Source: Pseudomonadota bacterium | Lineage (GTDB): Bacteria; Desulfobacterota; Desulfobacteria; Desulfobacterales; RPRI01 | Length of the DNA stretch: 64,000 bases | NCBI GenBank assembly: GCA_043825875.1 | Contig: JBDRRF010000116.1 | Location: forward strand, 32,552-96,551 | Direction: 5' to 3' | In this document: positions 55,568 to 64,000 of the stretch, one piece after another | Position numbering within the stretch: position 1 is the stretch's first letter | Layout of the letters: each line of letters opens with the position of its first letter | Translations under genes and position numbers: made by a program | The notes under the pieces: generated by a model | What the model was told of the DNA's origin: nothing | The model's database searches: none | What the model saw: the letters and a program-made list of their open reading frames with translations, nothing else

Positions 55568-57399
55568 TTATTCTCCAGCACAAAGTTCTTTATCGTAAGC
55601 GTTCCTCCATTCGGATACGTTTGTATCATTCCTTTTAATGATGTGCTTCCTGTTATAGCCGTAAAATCAGAATTATAACCACCTTCCATAGAAACCGAAA
55701 TATCTCTGTTTACATCAAGGCTTTGTGTAATTTGTTGATCCTGAACCTGGATTACGTCTTCGATGGAAGCAGCATTGTAGGCATCCTGCAAGAAGTTAAA
55801 ATATAAAGGGGGTGTTCCGGCAATACGTATAAGCCCTGTGGAAGTTATGGATATTGTATAATCCTGGGTTTGAACGGATTCAGCATACCCCGCTAAATCA
55901 ATAGCAAAATATTTTAGTGTAGAAGTTTCGGTTATTTCAATCGGGGCAGTATAAACTGCTGATGCAGTTGTTGGTGTTGAGCCATCAGTTGTATAATATA
56001 TCTTATCGCAGCCCGAACCTGATAGATCATCACATGTAAGAGCTACTGCCACAGCCGAAGAAAAGGGGCCTCCGGCAGGTGATGCGGTTGTCACAGGAGC
56101 AGTTGTATCTGATATATTATCTATAATAATATTTTTTATAGTAACTGTACCGCCACCTGGATATGTCTGGATTTTTCCTTTTATAGAAGTAGCCCCGGTT
56201 GCGGCTGTAAATCCCGGATCATAACCACCTTCCATAGAAACAGAGATATCTCTGTTTACATTAAGGTTTTGAATAAATAGATAATCCTGAAACTGGATAA
56301 CATCGCCGTCAGTGGCTGCATTGTATGCATCCTGTAAAGAATAATAATATACAGCCGGATTGCTTAAATTGCGTATTACTCCATCTGGTAAAACAAAATC
56401 TATTATATAAACCTGAGTTTGAAAAGTTTCGTTATTTGTCGCTAAATCAGTTGCAAAATATTTAAGTGTTGTAGTTTCGGTTATTTCAATCGGAGCAGTA
56501 TAAACTGCTGATGCAGTTGTTGGTATTGCGCCATCAGTTGTATAAAATATCTTGTCACAACTCGAACCTGATCCATCATCACATGCAAAAGCTACTTCGA
56601 TAGCTGAAGAAAAGGTTCCTCCGGCAGGTGTTGCAGTGGTAACAGGAGCTGTTGTATCCAAAAGAATTGTATCGGTATATGCCGTCGACCAGTTGCCGGC
56701 ATTATCTTTGAATTTGGCATATACGGTTTTATCGCCATCACCTATTGCTAAATCCCAGATCTTTGTATCGGCGTATGCTTCGGCAGTCGAATAATTAATG
56801 CCGTCATTTGAAAACTGCATTTGTGAACAACCGTTTGCATCGCTACATGTCAATGTGAGTGAAACATTTGCATTGTTAGTTATTGCCGCCCCAGAGTTTA
56901 TTATTATTGAGCCAGTTGGAATTATAGCATCAAGGGTATAAGTCTCGGACTTTGGAGGGGTCTCGGTATTTCCTGCATGATCAACGGCAAAGAACATAAG
57001 TGTTGTTGTATCGGCTATTGTTAGCGGAGTTGTATAAACTGCAGATGCAGTGGTGGGGGGTATTCCATCAATGGTGTAATAAATCTTGTCACAACCTGAA
57101 TCATCTCCGTCACTACAGGAAAGTTCAACCTGAAGAGTTTCAACAAATGTCATTCCGGCAGGCATAGCTATAGAAACAGGAGCATTCACATCAACAAGAC
57201 TTGTCTTATCTATAATGTTCCCCACTTCATCATATGTATATTTTAAAAATTTGCCATCATCATAAACAACTCTTATCAAGCGGTTAATATCATCGTAAAC
57301 GTATTTAATAGGTCCCGCATAAGAAGATATCAGCAATGTAAAAAACAGCACTATAACTGCCAAACAGATAAATACTACACGCTTTTGCATCGATAGCAT
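55564..57399 (-). CDS. Secreted protein: one YD/RHS hairpin unit, three chitobiase-C/Fn3-associated-like domains, an Ig-like domain and two LQDAYNAA domains
   Basis: Signal peptide ending SSYA; YVYDDINRLIRVVYDDGKFLKYTYDEVGNI; three (I[YF]YT.DG..PTTASAVYT.P) units; two (LQDAYNAA..DVIQ..NRDISVSMEGGY) units. Start ATG 57399. Confidence 0.8.
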   Translation of the reverse strand: MLSMQKRVVFICLAVIVLFFTLLISSYAGPIKYVYDDINRLIRVVYDDGKFLKYTYDEVGNIIDKTSLVDVNAPVSIAMPAGMTFVETLQVELSCSDGDDSGCDKIYYTIDGIPPTTASAVYTTPLTIADTTTLMFFAVDHAGNTETPPKSETYTLDAIIPTGSIIINSGAAITNNANVSLTLTCSDANGCSQMQFSNDGINYSTAEAYADTKIWDLAIGDGDKTVYAKFKDNAGNWSTAYTDTILLDTTAPVTTATPAGGTFSSAIEVAFACDDGSGSSCDKIFYTTDGAIPTTASAVYTAPIEITETTTLKYFATDLATNNETFQTQVYIIDFVLPDGVIRNLSNPAVYYYSLQDAYNAATDGDVIQFQDYLFIQNLNVNRDISVSMEGGYDPGFTAATGATSIKGKIQTYPGGGTVTIKNIIIDNISDTTAPVTTASPAGGPFSSAVAVALTCDDLSGSGCDKIYYTTDGSTPTTASAVYTAPIEITETSTLKYFAIDLAGYAESVQTQDYTISITSTGLIRIAGTPPLYFNFLQDAYNAASIEDVIQVQDQQITQSLDVNRDISVSMEGGYNSDFTAITGSTSLKGMIQTYPNGGTLTIKNFVLENN

Positions 57400-57424
57400 T
57401 GTGTTAACCCCCGTTGTAAAATAT

Positions 57425-57817
57425 TTACTCGCATTGAAATTTATAAGTTTTAGTTGATTCAACCCTACATGTTATTTCAGGATCAGCAGGACTTGCGGTA
57501 TGATCTTCACATGAGCCTAAGCAATTTTGTTCGCATGGCTCTACGCACCAATCATCTTCATATTTATATTGTCCGACAACAACCGCATCAGCCACCCAAT
57601 AGCCATCCCAAGCTTCGGGGGCACACTCACTAATTAAAACCCATTTGCAATTTGCGAAACCTTCAGCAAATCCCCGTGTTCGTATACTATTACCTCCAGA
57701 CGAGGGGGCTGTAGAAATACTGCAGCTATTATCAGCCTTTGCAGGTAAACTCAGGTTCAGGCAAAATGTAAACATCAGAATGATAAAGCAAAGTGTAAAG
57801 ATTTTTTGTTTAAACAT
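57425..57817 (-). CDS. Secreted Cys-rich small protein, paralog A
   Basis: GAGG RBS, ATG 57817; MFKQKIFTLCFIILMFTFCLNLSLPAKA-DNSC; ends TYKFQCE. Confidence 0.7.
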   Translation of the reverse strand: MFKQKIFTLCFIILMFTFCLNLSLPAKADNSCSISTAPSSGGNSIRTRGFAEGFANCKWVLISECAPEAWDGYWVADAVVVGQYKYEDDWCVEPCEQNCLGSCEDHTASPADPEITCRVESTKTYKFQCE

Positions 57818-59330
57818 GGTTCCTCTCAATATGAAATATTGTTGTAAAAGGTGTTCTTAAAAATGAATATGTTTTTTTGCATATTTTATTGTTTTAAATT
57901 TTAAAACTCTATAAAGAAGAATTAATAGAGTATTTCCCTAAATACCTAAATTAAACCTTCCCGATGCATTCACCGGGGAATGCGGTTGCTGTTTTGGGTC
58001 ATAAATTCGGTTAAGTATTGTCATTTCGAACAAAGAGAGAAATGTGACATCGAAATTATGAAGCAGAGTACTAACTCTTTTCCGAAAACAGATTAACCGG
58101 ATTCCCTCCTATGAAATATTAACGATCCTAACCATTTTTTCTTCTTTCATTTCCTCCATGGTAGCTTGGTAATGGCAAAGTCTAATAGAAACTGTATAAC
58201 TAAAGAACGTACTTAATATCTCCACCGTCACCGATATCTCCCCCTTATTAATTACATTTCCATTTATATGTATATGCATTACAACTTTTTAAATTTGATA
58301 AGTTACAATAATCTGGATTAGAGCCAACTGAATAACAATTCCCACCTTTAACACCATTTGGACAAGTATAAGAGCCATCACCTCCAAAACAGCGATTTTG
58401 CATAAAGGCAGTTTCTACTTTAGTATCTCCATTGATATAAATACACTTACAATACTTGCCCCAAACACCAGAAACACATGTATCTACACCAACCCATCTA
58501 CCTGTAGCACATCTCACATATCCAGTAGCTAACTTCTCATTGCATCCGGTTATAGTTATTGTCGCTGAGCCACATGCCGAACTACTTGCTTTAATTCTTT
58601 TTGAAAGATGAGTATCTGGAATATCTTCCAACGAAAATCCAGTTCCTATTACAGACCATGTATATTTTCCACCCACACCATCTTTTTCTATTATTGTTAA
58701 AACGCGGGTTGAATTTCTTGCAAGGTTTGTTGTTGAATTTGCATCATTCCATTTGATTGTAGTCTTTTCTGAACAGTAAGGCTCAGTGCGTTCAACATTG
58801 CCTGCAATAGAAGGCGATATTGAATTATTACAACTTTTATCAGCATTTACAGGCAAGCCCGGATTCAGGCAAAATGTGAGCACTAGAATGATAAAGTATA
58901 GTGTAAAGTATTTTCGTTTAAACATGGTTCCTCTCAATATCAAATATTGTTGTAAAAGGTGTTCTTAAAAATGAATATGTTTTTTTGCATATTTTATTGT
59001 TTTAAATTTTAAAACTCTATAAAGAAGAATTAATAGAGTATTTCCCTAAATACCTAAATTAAACCTTCCCGATTCATTCACCGGGGATTGCACTTGCTGT
59101 TTTGCTTCATAAATTCTATTAAGTATTGTCATTTCGAACAAAGAGAGAAATCTGACATCGAAATTATGAAGTAGAGTATTAAGTCTTTTTCGAAAACAGA
59201 TTAACCGAATTCCCTCTTATGAAATATTAACGATCCTAACATTTTTTTCTTCTTTCATTTCCTCAATGGTAGCTGGGCAAAAGAAACAACCAAAAGAAAC
59301 TGTATAACTCAAGAATGCCCCCGATATACC
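57690..59330. repeat. About 530-bp direct duplication with 1108-bp period
   Basis: About 57690-58220 matches about 58800-59330; nearly identical across the upstream noncoding region and more diverged in the coding part. Confidence 0.9.
58248..58925 (-). CDS. Secreted Cys-rich protein, paralog B
   Basis: ATG 58925; MFKRKYFTLYFIILVLTFCLNPGLPVNA-DKSC; beta-rich middle; ends TYKWKCN. Confidence 0.7.
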   Translation of the reverse strand: MFKRKYFTLYFIILVLTFCLNPGLPVNADKSCNNSISPSIAGNVERTEPYCSEKTTIKWNDANSTTNLARNSTRVLTIIEKDGVGGKYTWSVIGTGFSLEDIPDTHLSKRIKASSSACGSATITITGCNEKLATGYVRCATGRWVGVDTCVSGVWGKYCKCIYINGDTKVETAFMQNRCFGGDGSYTCPNGVKGGNCYSVGSNPDYCNLSNLKSCNAYTYKWKCN

Positions 59331-59393
59331 GAAAATTCCCCCTTTAAAAATTGCCACTCTTCACACCCACCAAGATACCATTCTACATTCACT

Positions 59394-59770
59394 TCCCCCT
59401 TAAAAAAGGGGGATTAAGGGGGTAGTTTCCTTATTCAATATTCTTCTTTCTTTCAAATGGGCTTTATATCCCACACCCCGCTATGGCAATTAAGTTCCAT
59501 CAATCTTTCAACAAGAGCTAAGAGTAGACCTGACAACAATTATCCTATTAGTCATAAATCAAGGTTTGACCCCAATTTTTTCCCCAAAATCAAGGTTTGA
59601 CCCCAATCTTTTTCGGTTTTCTTTCTCAGCACCACGCAATCTTAATAAAATATCAATTTGTCAAGTTAGTTCAGAAATCAAGGTTTGACCCTGATAGTTT
59701 TCAACAAGAGCCAAGAGTAGGCCTGACAACAATTATCCTATTAGTCACAAAAACAAGGTTTGACCCCGAT
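59394..59770. repeat. Repeat-rich spacer: REP-like copy 4, four AATCAAGGTTTGACCC motifs and an approximately 75-bp direct repeat
   Basis: Motif at 59557, 59588, 59676 and 59751; about 59496-59575 repeats at about 59698-59770; about 59435-59575 is homologous to about 52710-52845. Confidence 0.8.
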
Positions 59771-59918
59771 TTTCTTTTTTTCTATCTGACCGCTTGCTGT
59801 GGTTTTTAAATATGAAACTAGGCTAACCATTATTTCTTCTTTCATTTCCTCAATTGTAGCTTAGTAAGGGCAAAATCTATTAGAAACTGCATAACTCAGG
59901 AACGTCCCCGATATCCCC

Positions 59919-60344
59919 CTACGGCTTTAGCGACTTAAGTTTGTGAAAATTTATTAGATATACTGTTAGGCCATCTGATGTAAAATTTTGTTTTTTAAGT
60001 GTTTCTTTTAACTGCGGCGAAAGATGGATAATTGATTCATCCTTTGAATCATTACACCCAATATAAATATTTTTCCTGTAAGCATTATCAGTCTCAGGTT
60101 GAATATAATCAGGGCCTATTCCTTCAAGAAGCTCAAGAAGTTCATTTAAACGCTCTATTTCCACGCCAGGACCAATCAGCAAAATGAATTTCGAAGGTTT
60201 AGTAGGTGGATCTGAACTGGACCCAAAAGTATCGGTTAAAGGTATCTCCGAAACTTCAAAACGGTCAAGTATTTTTTCAGACACTGCAAATAAGTCATTA
60301 AGATAAATTGTATAGCCAAGCCATCTTCTGGGTTTCATCAACAT
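59919..60344 (-). CDS. Putative immunity protein for the Rhs toxin
   Basis: 141-aa ORF with AAGGAG RBS, the first gene downstream of the Rhs C-terminus. Role inferred from position only. Confidence 0.55.
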   Translation of the reverse strand: MLMKPRRWLGYTIYLNDLFAVSEKILDRFEVSEIPLTDTFGSSSDPPTKPSKFILLIGPGVEIERLNELLELLEGIGPDYIQPETDNAYRKNIYIGCNDSKDESIIHLSPQLKETLKKQNFTSDGLTVYLINFHKLKSLKP

Positions 60345-60430
60345 ATTTTCTATCTCCTTACCTAATAAAGATTTTTTAGAGGTTATTTGTAAACTATAGC
60401 TTCCTCTAGTAGCTATAGTTTATTACAAAA

Positions 60431-63400
60431 CTATTGAGGAGGTGGCGTTGGCTTCCATTTACCATCATGAGGATCCTTTTTTTCCCATTTCCCAGTTTGA
60501 GGATTTTGTCTTTTCTTTTTATCAGGTTTTGGACTGCGATCTCCTGGGCCTGTATATTTTCTTTCGCCCTTTCCTGTTTTTCCGCCTTTCCTTGCCTCCA
60601 TGTAAGGGATTTCGCAAACTTCACTTTTATATACTTTATCTCCAAACCAAATAAGTATTCTCCAAGGAAGCATTTGATTCCAGTGTATATACGCAGAAAC
60701 ATCTCTGACAATATAATTATTTTCAGGAGTACCTCGCCGAAATACAGGATGTGCATCTGGACTGATAATTCCAGTTGGATTAGGTTTTGCAATAGTTTGT
60801 AACCCCTTAGAATCAGTCAAATTCAGTGGATTGTTTTCAACATAAGAAAATAAATTAATCCCTCCTGCCAACCCAATCGGATCGGCCCTCAAATACCTCC
60901 CCGTACCCGGATCATAATACCTAAAATAATTATAATGCAACCCCGTCTCTGCATCATAATATTGCCCCGGAAACCTAAAATTATTCACCACAGTAGAATT
61001 CGGATTTACATCCGCTTCCCCATATGGCTTATACACAGCCTCCCACACAACAGTATTAGTAGAATCCGTCAATATCTGCGGTGTTCCCAACTGATCGTTG
61101 CCATAGTAGTATAACGCACCACTTCCGACATCAACCAGCACAAGCATGTTACTTCCCCTGTAAAGATATTCTTTCGAGAAAACACTACTTGCATCACTTT
61201 CTCCGATAATATTGCCGTCAAAATCATAATGAAAAACAGTCGTTACTCCACTTGCTACCTTGATAATCCTTTGCCCAAGCCCGTTGTATGTATATTGGCC
61301 TAAAACAGTGCTATTTACCTCAACTTTTATTAATCGGTTGTTTTGATTGTAAGTTAATACTCTGTTCCCAATATCCGTTATATTCCCATTGGCATCATAA
61401 AAATAATTCTTGGTTTCTGTATCTGTAATGGTTTGATACAGCCTGTTTGTACCAGGATAGTATGTATATGTTGTAGGCGTTTCGTTCACCCGGTTGTACC
61501 AGGGAGTCGATGGCGCATCTACCGATGTGAGATTGCCATTGTTATCATATCCGTATGTCATCTCATGTTCGGCTCCGGGATTGGATGCGGTTAATTTGCC
61601 GGACAGATTATACACACTTCCCACAATACCACCGGCACCGTTATCCATAGCGGTAGCTCCGCCAAACGGACGATAAGCAAGATTATCCATTATCGTAACA
61701 GTACTTGCCCCGAAAGTAGTTGTAACAGAATCCACACTGCATGCACACGCCGTCCTGTGATAATCCACAGTTCTTCCCGTGGGATATATTAATGAGCTTA
61801 CCCTGCCTCCGGGAGTATATGTTCTTGATACCGGATAAACCTGCCCGCTTACCGTGGCGGTTTTACCGGCAAGCCGCCCCCTGTTATCATACCCAAAATT
61901 TGTAATTCCCGACTGATCAGTCATGCCGGACATAAAGCCTATCGCATTTGTACCCTGATCATAGGAATAGATTATATCCTGTGATGAATCAGGAAAATGC
62001 ACAGCGGTCAGTCTGTTAAGATCATCATAATCGTATTGCACCACAATGGCTTTTGCATCTTCTTTTTGCTTAAGATTACCAGCTTCATCATAAAAATACT
62101 TTACCGTTCCGGTATCAGGCGATACGGTTTGAACAAGCCTTCCCATATCATCATACTGGTATGTGGTTACATGAGATTTGGCATCGGTAACTGATGCAAG
62201 GCTTCCGTGGCCGTCATAAGCATAGCCCGTTATCAGGTTGCCGGGCTGAGTTACAGTTTTTAGCCGGTTTAAGGCATCGTATGTATAGCTTGTGGTTTTT
62301 CCGTTAAAATCGGTTACAGCAGATACATTGCCTCTTTGGTCATAGGCATATTCCATGAATGTATCGTCATGCTTGATCTCTTTGTAAAGCTTTCCGGGTA
62401 TAGCCGGATGCTGATAGCTAAAACGCTTCCAGTTTGTGCGTATTGCCGCCGGATCATAATAACTCTTATCTGTCAGATTACCCTGAGTGTCATACAGGTT
62501 ATCAATATAATTGCCCTCATGATCGGTAACCCGTGAAAGCCTTCCGTAAGTTGTGTCATAAGTATAACCGGTGTTAACGCTGTCTTCATCGGTTCTTGAT
62601 TCTATAAATCCGGCAGTATTAAAGGTAGTGCTTGCCGTGCTGGAATCATCGGCATGATACACATCCGTAGCCCTTCCCCTGCCATCATATGTGTATGTGT
62701 TTACATGACCGTTTACATCGGTAGTCTGACCAACCTGACCGGCATTGTCATAATTTTGAAAAAGACTGCTTCCAACAAGCGGTCTTGTAATGGATGTAAT
62801 ATCACCTGTACTTGTGTTATAGGCAAAAGTACTTGTATCTGCGGTTCCGGCAATAGGACCGTCTATGGATAAAATCTGACCTTTGGCATTGTAAGTAATC
62901 TTTGTTATATATTCATAAGCAACTGTTGCTCCGGTATTATCTGCTGTAAAACCCTGCTCGATAACCCGGCACAAATTCCCCGTTGGGTTCTGGTTTGGCG
63001 TGCTGTTGTAATCATCATCATAATCCCAGATGGTAACCTTGTTGCCTGAACCCAAAACACTGACTTCCGTTCTGTTTAAGGGCACATTCATATCGGGATG
63101 ATAGGTATAAATGATTGTTCTTTGTTCGGTTGTGCCTGAAGCCAGTATAACGGTTGCCGGATTTCCTTTTGTGTCATAGTTCTGATAAAGGTTTATAACG
63201 CTTCCGGTATCTTCGGTCTCAACAAGATTCATGTTTGCGTCATAATCCCATCTTACAACATTATTTGCGCTGTACGGTGCTTCTGCAATGCCGCTTGCCG
63301 CAGTTACTCTTTTTCTGCCTCCTTCTTCGCCGATACTATAACTTCTTAGCACACTATAGGCATCGGTGACATCTACCTGGGTATCACTAACATAATTTAC

Positions 63401-64000
63401 AGATACTCCTGTTCCGTTAACACTGAAATTATTTACAGCCATGTCAAAAATATCGTATGCCCAGGTGTTTAAAAGATGATTTGCTTTGTTTCTTTTTTCA
63501 CTTACATTGTGAATGTCATTTGGATCGGTATAAGCATAGCTGAATCCCGAACCATCGGCATATGTAACGCTTATAAGATTTGCATTTGCGTCATAGCCGT
63601 ATTGCACCCATATACCGTCTGTAACAGCAGATGTAACCGGCCCTGTGATATTTTCCAAAAGATTATTTGCATTGTAATTTAATGTCAGTATTCTTGCGCT
63701 TGAAGTATCTGTAACTGTAGAAACCTGATCATTTGCATTATAGGCTATTTCAAGACTGTTTGATTTTTCATCTGTAATGCTGATAAGTTTTCCTGAAGAA
63801 TTGAAAGTATATTGCGATCCGTCAGTACGACGCCAGATGTATTCTCCTGATACATATGAAAGAGTTGAATGTTCATTAAAAGCCGCCTGATAAACACCCG
63901 GAGTTGTTTCTTCAAAAAAGATCCCTCTTCCGGTAGCATCCGTTATTTTGATATAATCTATGCTCCTATACTGGTAGGCAGCATCAAGAGATACTTCATA
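60431..64000 (-). CDS. Rhs/YD-repeat polymorphic toxin; 5' end outside the window
   Basis: The frame is open to base 64000 (YEVSLDAAYQ...NNLLENITG), beyond the ORF-track start. Many YD repeats; core end RFPGQYYDAETGLHYNYFRYYDPGTGRYLRADPIGLAGGINLFSYVENNPLNLTDSKGL; about 115-aa tip. Confidence 0.95.
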   Translation of the reverse strand, partial: YEVSLDAAYQYRSIDYIKITDATGRGIFFEETTPGVYQAAFNEHSTLSYVSGEYIWRRTDGSQYTFNSSGKLISITDEKSNSLEIAYNANDQVSTVTDTSSARILTLNYNANNLLENITGPVTSAVTDGIWVQYGYDANANLISVTYADGSGFSYAYTDPNDIHNVSEKRNKANHLLNTWAYDIFDMAVNNFSVNGTGVSVNYVSDTQVDVTDAYSVLRSYSIGEEGGRKRVTAASGIAEAPYSANNVVRWDYDANMNLVETEDTGSVINLYQNYDTKGNPATVILASGTTEQRTIIYTYHPDMNVPLNRTEVSVLGSGNKVTIWDYDDDYNSTPNQNPTGNLCRVIEQGFTADNTGATVAYEYITKITYNAKGQILSIDGPIAGTADTSTFAYNTSTGDITSITRPLVGSSLFQNYDNAGQVGQTTDVNGHVNTYTYDGRGRATDVYHADDSSTASTTFNTAGFIESRTDEDSVNTGYTYDTTYGRLSRVTDHEGNYIDNLYDTQGNLTDKSYYDPAAIRTNWKRFSYQHPAIPGKLYKEIKHDDTFMEYAYDQRGNVSAVTDFNGKTTSYTYDALNRLKTVTQPGNLITGYAYDGHGSLASVTDAKSHVTTYQYDDMGRLVQTVSPDTGTVKYFYDEAGNLKQKEDAKAIVVQYDYDDLNRLTAVHFPDSSQDIIYSYDQGTNAIGFMSGMTDQSGITNFGYDNRGRLAGKTATVSGQVYPVSRTYTPGGRVSSLIYPTGRTVDYHRTACACSVDSVTTTFGASTVTIMDNLAYRPFGGATAMDNGAGGIVGSVYNLSGKLTASNPGAEHEMTYGYDNNGNLTSVDAPSTPWYNRVNETPTTYTYYPGTNRLYQTITDTETKNYFYDANGNITDIGNRVLTYNQNNRLIKVEVNSTVLGQYTYNGLGQRIIKVASGVTTVFHYDFDGNIIGESDASSVFSKEYLYRGSNMLVLVDVGSGALYYYGNDQLGTPQILTDSTNTVVWEAVYKPYGEADVNPNSTVVNNFRFPGQYYDAETGLHYNYFRYYDPGTGRYLRADPIGLAGGINLFSYVENNPLNLTDSKGLQTIAKPNPTGIISPDAHPVFRRGTPENNYIVRDVSAYIHWNQMLPWRILIWFGDKVYKSEVCEIPYMEARKGGKTGKGERKYTGPGDRSPKPDKKKRQNPQTGKWEKKDPHDGKWKPTPPPQ

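Overview
AT-rich bacterial chromosome segment. The rpsF-rpsR-DUF2232-rplI-dnaB order, 2-hydroxyacyl-CoA dehydratase genes and intergenic repeat families suggest an anaerobic deltaproteobacterium such as Desulfobacterales; this is inference, not a database match. A housekeeping block (comF, icd, dnaB, rplI, rpsR, rpsF with an S6:S18-type leader, tRNA-His, tRNA-Arg) sits among accessory regions. These include: four type II toxin-antitoxin loci, three with a broken toxin; a TPR lipoprotein with an archaemetzincin-like domain lacking its catalytic zinc motif; an unannotated three-gene envelope operon behind attC-like relics; a GC-richer CheB/CheR-PAS pair; an orphan substrate-binding protein with a GNAT, a stand-alone sensor and a sensor-MFS fusion; a TPR/CsgG/FlgT-like cluster; and a hybrid kinase with a diguanylate cyclase. 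Three copies of a 142-143 bp MITE each carry a different 4-bp target duplication. At the right end an Rhs gene runs off the window and is followed by a putative immunity gene, two duplicated but diverged Cys-rich secreted proteins, a YD-hairpin/Ig-like protein and a secreted phage-fibre-like protein. The best candidates for an undescribed system are this Rhs accessory cluster (54.4-64 kb), the three-gene operon (22.5-26.6 kb) and the SBP/sensor/sensor-MFS module (36.7-41.9 kb). All family calls come from motif recognition by eye; no searches were run.
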